From Thecamonas trahens ATCC 50062 (lineage: Eukaryota > Protista > Apusomonadida), in the NCBI RefSeq assembly GCF_000142905.1, contig NW_013657671.1:62001-126000 (forward strand): a stretch of DNA of 64,000 bases, written 5' to 3'. Of this stretch, positions 22,570 to 32,948 are shown one piece after another. Both the position numbers and the translations under genes were made by a program. The notes below the pieces were generated by a model. It did not search any database. It saw only the letters and a list, made by a program, of their open reading frames with translations, and had not been told where the DNA came from. Position 1 is the stretch's first letter. Each line of letters begins with the position of its first letter.

Positions 22570-25500
22570 ATGGAACGGGTGAGGAACCTACGGTCGCGGT
22601 CCATGAACGCCATCTCGTCGCTCTCGGGAGTGGGCGCGTCGTCGCTGGAGAACCTTCAGGACGGCATGCTCGGCATGCCCTTTGCCAACCAGTTTGAACC
22701 GGCACTACGGACGCTTCAACGAGTGGCTGCCACTCCTGGTCGCGCTGTTGCTGCTCTCTCTCATCGCGTCCTTCCGAACCTCTCGCCGCCTTCTTCGGTC
22801 ACTCGCTTTGCTCGCCGTGCCCGAGAAGGCGTTCTCCGCTCGCGGACCACCGCGAGGCACCGCAACAAGCGCCGCACACGCGTCCGCGTCGCCGTCGACA
22901 GTGATGCTGCTGGCCGCGGTGTCGGAAGTGGCGAGGCGGAAAGTACTGCTGACAGTGGAGATGCTGGCGATGGGCTGGACGATGAGGGCCTCACTGTCCG
23001 GGTGCATGTGAGGCAGGACTCGATCGGATCGGGCTGGGGCTCGGGCTGGGAGAGCGAGGACGAGAGCGGCGGCGGAGATAGTCCTGCTGGGCATGCTGGT
23101 CCTGTGAGTGGCTACACCTACGAGTACGAGTACGAGTACGAGTACGAGTACGAGGTGGATCTCTTTGCCGAGGTGCCGGACGAGATTGTGATGCACATCA
23201 TGATCGAATGGCTCTCGGTGTACGATGTGGTCATGCTGTCGTCAACCTGCCGGCGGCTGCGGCGTCTTGGCGGCGACCGCTTGCTGTGGCGGGCCAAGTA
23301 CCTTTCGCTCTTTATGCCGTTTCCGGGTATGCACCTAGTGACCGACTGGAAGAACTACTTTGTGACCAAGGTGGAGACGGAGCAAAACTGGAACTACGGG
23401 CGGTGCCAGTGTTTTGATCTGGACTTGAGCATTGCCGACGACGTGGCGGCGCTGGCGGGGCTTGATGCTGCTGACAACCTCCCGTCGCCGCACATTGCGC
23501 GGTTTGTCAAGATTGTCGAGCCGTGGATTGTGGTCGCCGACGAGCGCGGCCAGGTCCTTGTCTACTCGCTGGTGACCCACCGGGTGGAGGATGTGATGAT
23601 GACGTTTGGCAAGGCGCTGTGCATGGACTTTGACGGCGAGCAAGTGGTTATTGGTGGCGAACCTTCACGGGTGGCGCTCTACTCGGTCCACACCTCGACC
23701 CGGACCCACGAGTTTGTGGGCCACAACGACTCAGTCACGTGCGTGGTTCTTGCCGGCGGCCTAGTCGGCTCGGGCTCGTTTGACGGTACCGTGAGAGTGT
23801 GGGACATGATGACCGGCGAGTGCCTCACTGTTGTCCACCACCTCAACTTTGTCTCGTCGATCGACATCGACGACGGGACGCTGGTCTCAGCCTCGCGCGC
23901 CGACCGCCACATCAAGGTCTGGGACATTTCCAGCGGCACCGAGCTGGCGACGCTCGAGCTGCGAAGGGCAGTTACCCGAGTTCAGTTCAACGGCGGCGAG
24001 CTGGTTGCCTCGCTTGCCTCGTGCCTCCGCATGGAGCTGTGGGACCTCGCGAGCTGTACCAAGGCCAAGACGCTGCGAGTCACCTCGCGGCAGCATGTCG
24101 GCCATCTGCAAATTGACGGGCGCCGGTTGGTGGCGGGCGCCAGCTCGCAGCTCACTGTCTACGACACGTCTGCAGTCTCGTGCATCAACATCGGCTCCGA
24201 GTTTGGCTTTGGCGTCTCCATCACCCGTGCCTTTGGTGCAGAGATCGAGCCGCTCTATGCGCTCTCGGGCCACATCGCCGAGATCAGCAGTCTTGCTTTT
24301 GACGAGTGGCGCATTGTGTCGGCCTCGGCCGACGGCGTCAAGCTCTGGAACTTTGTGCCTGTCCAAGACGACGCGCCCGACGGCGCCATTGCGCCGTCGC
24401 CTCGGCTGGCGCAGCTGCGGGCGCTGCCGCGACTCAAGGAAAAGTTCTCACTTGCGCTCCCGCTCGCCACTGGTTGGTCGCGTCGGACGTCGTCGCCAGA
24501 GCCCACGCCACGGACTGTAGCGTACGCTGACATAATGCGGCTCGAGAACCGGGCGCGGGTGGCGGATGTCGCAGGCCCGTCGGGTGGCTCGCAGGCGGCG
24601 GCGTCGACAGCCGAGACGTCCGGCGGCGGCAGCGCGCACACCACTGCGGTTAGCGAGCCTGACCTGCCGGGCACTGAGCCGGCAGCTGGCGCGAGTGATG
24701 ACGCCATCGTGGACTCACCAATGGCGATGCGTCGGAGCTCGAGCTCGCGCCGGCTCCGCGAAGTGTCTGTACGCGAGTTGTGGGCGTGGGTGGTCCAGCA
24801 CCCGTGGTTCCAATTCCCGGTCCTCCTCTACGTGTGGTACCTGTGGGTAGCATACGAGTCGGGCGTGGAGTACTCGAACGCGCTCTCGAAGCGTGCGTCG
24901 AATCCCGTGCGCAAGTGGGTGCGGTCGTCGCTGATCTGGATGCCGCTGGCATTGCCTGCGGGAATGATGGCAGGCTTTGCGCTGCTGACCGAGGTGCCGA
25001 TGCGGCGGCGACCCGAAGTGTATGTAGGCGTGTTCTGTGGGCTGGTGCTCCCATGGGTGGTGCACTCGTACCGGCGGCCGAAGATCATCACGCGGTGGAT
25101 GCGGCTGCTGTTTTCTGTCCTCGAGTTTGTACTCATCATGGTGACGTGCGTGGTGCTCATCGAGATGTGCGCGTCCGAGGTAGTGATGTGGCGACTGCAC
25201 TGCGTGGTCTCTGCAGGCTACTCTGTGGGCAAGGGCCTGCTCTACTCTGTGGCCGCGCTCGAGCCGTCGCGACAGTACGAGATGCAGACGACACTCTTCT
25301 ACACCCCGCTCATCGGACTTGCCACCGGGACAGCGTTTGCGGTTGATGGGGCGCGGTCTGCGGTCCTGATCATCATCTCGATTGTGTTCTCGTTCCTCCA
25401 CGCCGCCACCGACGGCGCGACCGGCGACGTGATGGACAACATGTTCTCGGTGGTGGCAGCCTCGTTCCTGGGGGTGGCCTTTCCGTTCTCGGCAGACCTC

Positions 25501-25812
25501 ATGCTCACCGCCATCGAGTTTTCGGTCCACTGGGCCCTGGTCCACGTTGTCGACAAGTCGTCGGTCGACGAGTGGTGGGAGGCGTGGCTTGCCGACCACC
25601 GGTCGGGCTTCTCCACCACATACATCCGCCTGGCCTCGTTCTTTGTCGTCGGCGCCTCGTCGCTCGCCTTTATCAAGTACGTCCGCAAGTCAAGGTTCCA
25701 CACTTGGCGCGAGCCCATCATCCGAGTCTCGTTCTGGGTCTACTGGCTCCTTCTCTTTGGCGTCATCTACGACATGTGGGTATGGATGTGGGCCAAGCTC
25801 CCTGTCTCGTGA
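22570..25812 (+). CDS. F-box/WD40 protein with a C-terminal multi-pass transmembrane domain
   Basis: F-box (VPDEIVMHIM..LSVYDVVMLSSTCRRLRRL..LLWR), WD40 repeats (GHNDSVTCV..SGSFDGTVRVWD; GHIAEISSL..VSASADGVKLWN), and about 8-11 hydrophobic segments after ~24780. Confidence 0.85.
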   Translation: MERVRNLRSRSMNAISSLSGVGASSLENLQDGMLGMPFANQFEPALRTLQRVAATPGRAVAALSHRVLPNLSPPSSVTRFARRAREGVLRSRTTARHRNKRRTRVRVAVDSDAAGRGVGSGEAESTADSGDAGDGLDDEGLTVRVHVRQDSIGSGWGSGWESEDESGGGDSPAGHAGPVSGYTYEYEYEYEYEYEVDLFAEVPDEIVMHIMIEWLSVYDVVMLSSTCRRLRRLGGDRLLWRAKYLSLFMPFPGMHLVTDWKNYFVTKVETEQNWNYGRCQCFDLDLSIADDVAALAGLDAADNLPSPHIARFVKIVEPWIVVADERGQVLVYSLVTHRVEDVMMTFGKALCMDFDGEQVVIGGEPSRVALYSVHTSTRTHEFVGHNDSVTCVVLAGGLVGSGSFDGTVRVWDMMTGECLTVVHHLNFVSSIDIDDGTLVSASRADRHIKVWDISSGTELATLELRRAVTRVQFNGGELVASLASCLRMELWDLASCTKAKTLRVTSRQHVGHLQIDGRRLVAGASSQLTVYDTSAVSCINIGSEFGFGVSITRAFGAEIEPLYALSGHIAEISSLAFDEWRIVSASADGVKLWNFVPVQDDAPDGAIAPSPRLAQLRALPRLKEKFSLALPLATGWSRRTSSPEPTPRTVAYADIMRLENRARVADVAGPSGGSQAAASTAETSGGGSAHTTAVSEPDLPGTEPAAGASDDAIVDSPMAMRRSSSSRRLREVSVRELWAWVVQHPWFQFPVLLYVWYLWVAYESGVEYSNALSKRASNPVRKWVRSSLIWMPLALPAGMMAGFALLTEVPMRRRPEVYVGVFCGLVLPWVVHSYRRPKIITRWMRLLFSVLEFVLIMVTCVVLIEMCASEVVMWRLHCVVSAGYSVGKGLLYSVAALEPSRQYEMQTTLFYTPLIGLATGTAFAVDGARSAVLIIISIVFSFLHAATDGATGDVMDNMFSVVAASFLGVAFPFSADLMLTAIEFSVHWALVHVVDKSSVDEWWEAWLADHRSGFSTTYIRLASFFVVGASSLAFIKYVRKSRFHTWREPIIRVSFWVYWLLLFGVIYDMWVWMWAKLPVS
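23119..23154 (+). repeat. (TACGAG)6 coding hexamer repeat (YEYEYEYEYEYE)
   Basis: Read directly from the sequence. Confidence 0.9.
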
Positions 25813-26141
25813 CCCATGCCGATCAATGTGCCAAAATGAACCTTGTAATAGCTACGGTGCAGTTTTCGATCGTCCCGCCACGGTCGCCGCAGTCGCCGTC
25901 ACGGTTGCGACAGATGGTAACTACAAGTGCGCTAGCTAGCACAGGCCAAGTGTGGTTTTGTGCTGCTCGTCCTCGTACGTCACCACTTGTCGTGTAGCAA
26001 CAGACCTGAGCATCGACCAAGACTATCCCATCCTCCACACTGTCACGTAATCTGGGCTTCCCTTTGCTTACGCTCACCAACTCACTTGTGCTGCTCCTCT
26101 GTCTTGTACTTGTCTCTACCGCCTTGCCCCTCTGTGGTTCC

Positions 26142-29100
26142 ATGTCGTCGAGTGCGACCTGTGCTGACACGGCCTCGACCATGCCCACCATTCTCAAGCC
26201 ACCGTCCGACTCTCGCGACTACCGCTACATCGAGCTGGACAACGGTCTGCGTGCCGTACTGATCTCGGGTAGGTGAAGGTGGTGATGGTGGTGGTGGTGG
26301 TGGTGGTGGAGGTGGGGGGGGGGGGAGGGCAGGACGGCGCGATCGCCAGGTTACTGGTATTGGGGGGGGAGGGGGGCAGACGGGCGCAGGCCGTGAATGG
26401 CACCAACTCACCGCGTCGCAACCGAATGGTGAATGGAACGTACGGGGACGGTTGGTCCACCTCGACCACGGTCTGACCACGGCCCGACTGCACATCGCCC
26501 ACACATCGACTCTCTGGATCGACCACATCATGAAATACAGACCCGTCGTCCGAAAAGGGCGCGGCTGCGTTGGACATGGGCGTGGGTCAGATGTCGGATC
26601 CGGAGGAACTGCCTGGCCTGGCACACTTTCTGGAGCACATGCTGTTCCTGGGAACGGAAAAGTACCCGGACGAGACGGCGTACTCGTCGACGCTCAAGAA
26701 GCATGGCGGCTCTTCGAACGCATACACGCAGTTTGAGGACACGGTCTACTTTTTCGACGTTGCTGCGCCAGCGCTCAACGAGTTGCTCGACATCTTTGCG
26801 CAGTTCTTTGTGGCGCCGCTCTTCACCGCAGACGCGACCGGCCGCGAGCTGAACGCGGTCGACTCGGAGCATGCCAAGAACATGCAGGTGGACGTGTGGC
26901 GGACGATGCAGCTGATGCGGACAACGTCCAGCGAGGACTACCCGTTCTCCAAGTTTGGCACCGGCTCCAAGGAGACGCTCGAGACGACGCCGGCGGAGGC
27001 CGGCATCGACGTCCGCGACGCCCTGCTTGCCTTTCACGCCAAGTACTACTCGGCAGCGATTGCAACCCTGGCGGTGCTTGGGACCGAGTCGCTCGACGAG
27101 CTAGAGGCGACCGTCCGTACCAAGTTTGCGGCCATGCCGCGGACTGCTGATGCGCGCCCTGTTCATCGCGCCGACGGCGTTGTTGACTCCACCAACCCCG
27201 ATTCACTGCCGTTTGGCGACGGCGGTGTCGGCCAGTGGTTTTCGGTCGTCCCGGTCGCTGACGCCCGCTCGGTCGCGCTCTGGTTCCCGGTCCTCCCCTG
27301 CGCGCCGCACTACAAGACGCGTCCAGCGTCGGTGCTCGGCCACCTGTTTGGCCACGAGTCTGCAGGCTCGATTCTGGCGGCGCTCAAGGCCAAGGACTGG
27401 GCGACCGGGCTCTCGGCAGGGCTTTCGGGCCTGGCCACCGCCGACTTTGACATCTTTACCGTCTCGGTCGACCTCACCGAAGCCGGCGAGGCCAACGTGA
27501 CCGAGGTGGTGGCAACCATCTTTGCGTACGCGGACATGGTCCGCGCGGCCGGCCCGGCGGCGCTCGAGTGGGTCTACGACGAGCTGGTTGCCATGGGTAA
27601 GGTCTCGTTTGCGGCCAAGGAGCCGCAGGCGCCGCTCAAGACCGCGCTCTCGGTCGCATCGAACTTGCAGCGGGTGGCGCCCGAGGACGTGCTCGCGTTC
27701 TCGACCCTCTTTCTCGCTGACGCCTATGATCCGGAGCCGGTCCGTGTTCTGCTCGAGAGCCTCACCCCGACCAACGTCCGCGTCCTGCACCTCTCCAAGT
27801 CGGTGGCGCCGCTCGCCAACGCCGAGGAGCGGTGGTATGGGACTTCGTACGAGCAGCACGCACTCGACGTGGCAGCAGTGAGCAAGACCGCCGCCGAGCT
27901 CGAGGTCGAGCTCAGCCTCCCGACGCCGAACCTGTTCATCCCAACCAACCTTGAGCTCAAGAAGCTTGCTGGCGGGGCGGAAGCCGGCGAGACGTACGCG
28001 CCGGTTGTCATTGCCGACACGCCGCTGGTCAAGCTCTGGCACAAACAGGACAACACGTTTGCGACGCCCAAGGCCTCGGTGTGTGTTAAGATCAAGACAC
28101 CGCTGGCGTACGCCTCGCCGCGGTCGGTCGTCCTCACTGCGCTGGCCATCAACATGATCAAGGAAGAGCTCAACACGTACGCGTACTTTGCCGAAGTCGC
28201 CGGCCTCAAGTTTGCGCTCGCCTACGATCCGCAGGGCATGGTGGTCCAGGTCTCGGGCTACAGCGACAAGCTGCCGCAGCTGCTCGAGGCTGTGGTGGGC
28301 AAGCTTGCTGCGCCGGCGCTGGATAGCGAGAGCGTGTTCCTTGCGCAAAGGGACCTCATGACGCGGGCATACCTCAACGCTCGCAAGCAGCAGCCATACA
28401 TGCACGCGTTCCAGGCGGCCAAGGCCACGCTCATCGCACCCGAGTGGACGCCGGAGCAGAAGCTGGCCATCATCGGCTCCGTCAAGCTCGCCGATGTCGT
28501 CGCCTTTCTTCCGCGGCTCTTTGCCCAGTTTTCGCTCGAGGCGTTGGTCCACGGCAACGTGACACCCGACGAGGCGCTGGTGGCGGTGACCTCGCTCTCT
28601 ACGGCCTTGACCGAGGCGTACTGCTCGGTCCCGCTGGCAGCCGAGCTCGCCCAGCCGCGGCGGGTGGTAGCGCTCGGCGCTTCGCGCCCAGGCGCAACAG
28701 CCCCGCTGGTGGTTGCCGAGCTCGGGCCCGACGCCGACAACGCCAACTCGGCCATTTACACCGTGTGGCAGGCCGGAGTCAACAGCCCGGCGGCCGAAGC
28801 CAAGGTCGGCCTCCTCGGACAGGTCATCAACCAGCCGGCCTTCCACGAGCTGCGAACCAAGCAGCAGCTCGGGTACATTGTTGACGTCAGTTCGAGCGAA
28901 ATGGAGGGCACTGTCTGCGTCCGCGCCGTCATCCAGTCGGCGGTCAAGGACCCGGCCGCGCTCGACGCCGCACTCGACGCCGCGCTCGCGGACATCCGCG
29001 CCGAGCTGGCGCAAATGTCGGCTGAGGAGTTTAGCCAGCACGTGGCGGCGCGCAAGCTCGCGGTCTCTGAGCGGGACAAGCGCCTTGCGCAGGAGACAAA

Positions 29101-29347
29101 CCGGTTCTGGGGCGAGATCTCCAAAGAGCGGTACGTTTTTGACCGCGTCTCGCAGGTGGTGGCGGCACTCGACGCCGTGTCGAGCGTCGACCAGCTCCTT
29201 GCCTGGTACGACGAGGTCATGGTGCCTGCCAACAAGGCCTCTTTCTACCTCTATGCCGCTGCGATGGTCGAGGCCGGTGCCAAGCTCCCTGCCGCTGTCG
29301 ATGGCGTGGCCTTTAAGCGCGGTGCGTACTTGTACCCGCTGCCGTGA
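26142..29347 (+). CDS. IDE: Insulysin / insulin-degrading enzyme (M16A metallopeptidase); exons 26142-26268 and 26541-29347
   Basis: KPPSDSRDYRYIELDNGLRAVLIS/DP.., PGLAHFLEHMLFLGT (HxxEH), NAVDSEH.KN, FHELRTKQQLGYIV. Intron gtaggt..tacag. Confidence 0.93.
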
Positions 29348-29356
29348 GATGGAGCT

Positions 29357-31884
29357 CTACTGGGCACTGGCCTCGGCGGCCTTGCGGGTGGCGACGACTT
29401 CGCTAATCACGTTCTTGAGAACGTTAAACGCGCCGCGCTCGATGAGGAGAAAGCGGAACGGCTTGTCGAGCTTGCCAATGGTGAGGTGGAGGTAGGTGTC
29501 GTCGTCGTCCTTTTCGAGGCGGAACTCCTTGAGGGCGCCGACCGAGGCCTCCCACATGGGCTCATCGAGCGAGTCAAGCATGCCGACGCGGGCGTTGCCG
29601 ACCTCGATGTTGCGGACGGCACCGTCAAGCTTAAAGTAAAGGGTGGCTGGCGAGCCATCGAGCGAGCCGGCGTAGGTAATGGGCGACGCGGCAGAGAAGA
29701 GGGCGCAACGGGCGGCGAGCGAGACCTTGGCCACCCACTTTTTGAGCTCGCCGAGCGTCGAGGTGGCAATGTGGTACGACGACGGGAGACCGGCGTCGAC
29801 AAAGAAGCAGAACTTGCGGCGGAAGGCCGCGAGAAGCTTCGAGTCGCGGACCGGGTGGAAAACGGTCGAGATGATGGGGAGGCGGAGGACCTCGCCGATG
29901 TCGAGGTCGTCGACGTTGCGCGGCATGTCGTCGTAGAACGAGAGGCAAAAGTCGGAGAGAACCGCAAACTTCCACACCCACTCGTACGCGCCCTTCATGC
30001 CCGAGTCCGCGATGCCAACATTGGCGTCGAGGTTGTCGGCCTTCAGGTGGAGCTGGACCCAGCCACGGTAGACAATGGCGCCGGTGAAGCCCGGGGCCGG
30101 CGCCGCCATGGTCATTTCGCGCATCTGGAACTGCCAGTCAAAGATGTGGGTGAGGATGCGGTCGACCCACTCGGTCCGCTCGGCCTTGGTCTTGGCTGCA
30201 AAGTTGAACGTGTGGCACAAGTTCTTGCCGTAGATGACCGAGAACTGTGTGTTGTTCTTGGAGCTTTTGAAACGGAGAAAGGCGCCGCAGAGCGGAATGG
30301 TGGCGAGGACCGGTGCGTCGGCCGAGTTGCCCTTGTGCACCACAATGTTGGCGAGCGAGACGGTGCAAAACCGCGACTTGAACTTTTTCGAGATGAGGCC
30401 CGACTCTTCAAACTCGAGCAGGCCCTGCTTGGTCACCGCGTCCTCGTCGATGTCCGAGCCCTCGTCCGAGAGCTCAAACACCTCGTCGTCTTCCATTCCG
30501 GCCACGCCCAGATCGACCGCCTCACCGAGCGGCTGGCCAGCTGCATCAAACGACTGAGTGACAACTGCCTGTTTGGCAAGGTTGATCCGCGGATCGCCCG
30601 ACATCATCTGGCTAAAGCTCTGTCCGGCCTCGGCGTCGGCGGGATCCGGAACGCCGGCCGACGCCTGCCGGGTGTGGATGACGACCGGCGGCTCGACGGA
30701 TGGTGCGGAATCGGTGGTGGGGAGCGGCTGGGCCTGCAGCCTTGGCTCTGGCTCCGGCTCTGGCTCTGGCTCCGGCTGCGGCTCCGGCTCCGGTTCCGGG
30801 GCACTGGCTGCAGCGGCGGCCGGCGACGACGGTTCGCCCGCATCGGATGCCTCGGAACGTGGAGTTGTTGGCGCTGAGTCGACCTGATCAAAGACGTGGG
30901 CCGAAGGGATAATAGACGGGCGACGCGATAGCTGCCCGGCCGGCATGTACTTTGCGGCGTAGGCGCGGGCAGCAGCGGGCGAGTAGCCGGCCAGGACTTC
31001 GCGGAGCGCTTGGTACTTGTCGTACAGCGGCTGGATAAACTCGGGGCCCTGTCCCATGAGCTTGGCACCCTTGATTTGGCCCTTGACGTCATGCTTGGCC
31101 GCCTCGAGCATGTCGCGGGTGGGCACAAAGTCTGCGCCGGGCCCACCGGGCGCGAGCGCGTGCTGGGCCACGACAGCCGAGCCGAGACCGGCCGACGACA
31201 GCGCCGGCACAGCGGCCTGACTGTCTGGATCGTCGGCAGCCTCGACCGAGATGACGACCGCTGGCTGCCCGCAGAGCTCAGCGCGCTGGTCGTCGGTCAG
31301 GGGCGGCGGGCCGGCACGCGAACCGAGCCACGCCCGCACCGCCTGATACCGCTCAAACAGTGGCTCGATGACAGCATCAGCGTCGCCGCGGGCCTTGGCT
31401 TGCTTAATCGCCTCCTTCTTGGCGGCCTTTTCCGCCTCGAGTACCCCAACTGCGGCCTCGGCATCGATACTCGCCACGGCCGAGCCAGGCCCGCCGCTCG
31501 GCTCCGCCACGGCCGATGCCGACTGGTTTCCAGACTCGACGGGAGACTCTCCCGAAGACACCGTCACCGATGCGGTCGCCGATGCCTTTGCCGCCGCAGC
31601 AGACCTCGCCTTTGCCGCCGCAGTCTCGAGATCATGGACCGAGGCCGAGACTGCCTTGTATTCGGAGTACACCGGCGCAATGTCTGTGTCGGCAGCACCG
31701 GATGTCTGTGTGATGGAAGGGATGGGGATGGGGGGGGAGGGTGAGTGTGAGGAGGAGGGTGGACGGGGAGGGGGAGGGGGAGGGGGAGAGGGGAGGGGGA
31801 GGGAGAGGAGGCATGTACCTTGAGCTCCTTCACCTTTGCCTTCAGCTCGTTCTTGCGGGCAATGAGCTGCTCCAGGGAGGACAT
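29357..31884 (-). CDS. Multi-PH-domain protein with three N-terminal helical repeats and a syntrophin-like C-terminus; exons 31819-31884 and 29357-31705
   Basis: Exon 1 MSSLEQLIARKNELKAKVKELK|gtacat..cag|TSG. PH1 (KQGLL..KKFKSRF..ERTEWVDRI) and PH2 (YRGWV..KFAVLSDFCLSFYDDMP..ELKKWV). Confidence 0.75.
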
Positions 31885-32948
31885 GGTGGAAGGGGGGGGA
31901 AGGGCGGGGGGGGGGGGGGGGGGGGGNNNNNNNNNNNNNNNNNNNNNNNNNNNNNNNNNNNNNNNNNNNNNNNNNNNNNNNNNNNNNNNNNNNNNNNNNN
32001 NNNNNNNNNNNNNNNNNNNNNNNNNNNNNNNNNNNNNNNNNNNNNNNNNNNNNNNNNNNNNNNNNNNNNNNNNNNNNNNNNNNNNNNNNNNNNNNNNNNN
32101 NNNNNNNNNNNNNNNNNNNNNNNNNNNNNNNNNNNNNNNNNNNNNNNNNNNNNNNNNNNNNNNNNNNNNNNNNNNNNNNNNNNNNNNNNNNNNNNNNNNN
32201 NNNNNNNNNNNNNNNNNNNNNNNNNNNNNNNNNNNNNNNNNNNNNNNNNNNNNNNNNNNNNNNNNNNNNNNNNNNNNNNNNNNNNNNNNNNNNNNNNNNN
32301 NNNNNNNNNNNNNNNNNNNNNNNNNNNNNNNNNNNNNNNNNNNNNNNNNNNNNNNNNNNNNNNNNNNNNNNNNNNNNNNNNNNNNNNNNNNNNNNNNNNN
32401 NNNNNNNNNNNNNNNNNNNNNNNNNNNNNNNNNNNNNNNNNNNNNNNNNNNNNNNNNNNNNNNNNNNNNNNNNNNNNNNNNNNGTAAGGGGGGGGGGGGT
32501 GGGGTGTGGGGGGGGTGGAGATGGGTGTGGGGTGTGGGGGGGGTGAGGTAGTTTGTCTCTGGCTCGGGCGCTGGCTCCCACTCAGCGTGCCGACAGCCTC
32601 TGTGTGTGGGTGCTCGCCAGTCGTGCCTGCGTTGCCAGGCGGAGGTGGGGGGTGGGGGGTGGGGTGGCGGGGGGTGTAGCTGAAATTTTTTTCTTTCGGT
32701 GAGCGGTTTTTCGGTCCTTGCCCGCGCGCGCGCTACATTCATTCATTTTCGCCGTGTTGGCGCGGCGAGGACTCGGTTTGGCGCCAAGGGGCCGACGCGG
32801 GCGCGCGGGGCAACACGCCACGCAGCGGACCACGAGCTGGAGGAGGACGACCTCGTAGCAGGCAAGAGATCAGGATAGGCCAAGGCCAAGACGTACAACC
32901 GCTCCCACCCGCCCACCCCCACCCCCCCACAAACCCCATACATATACC

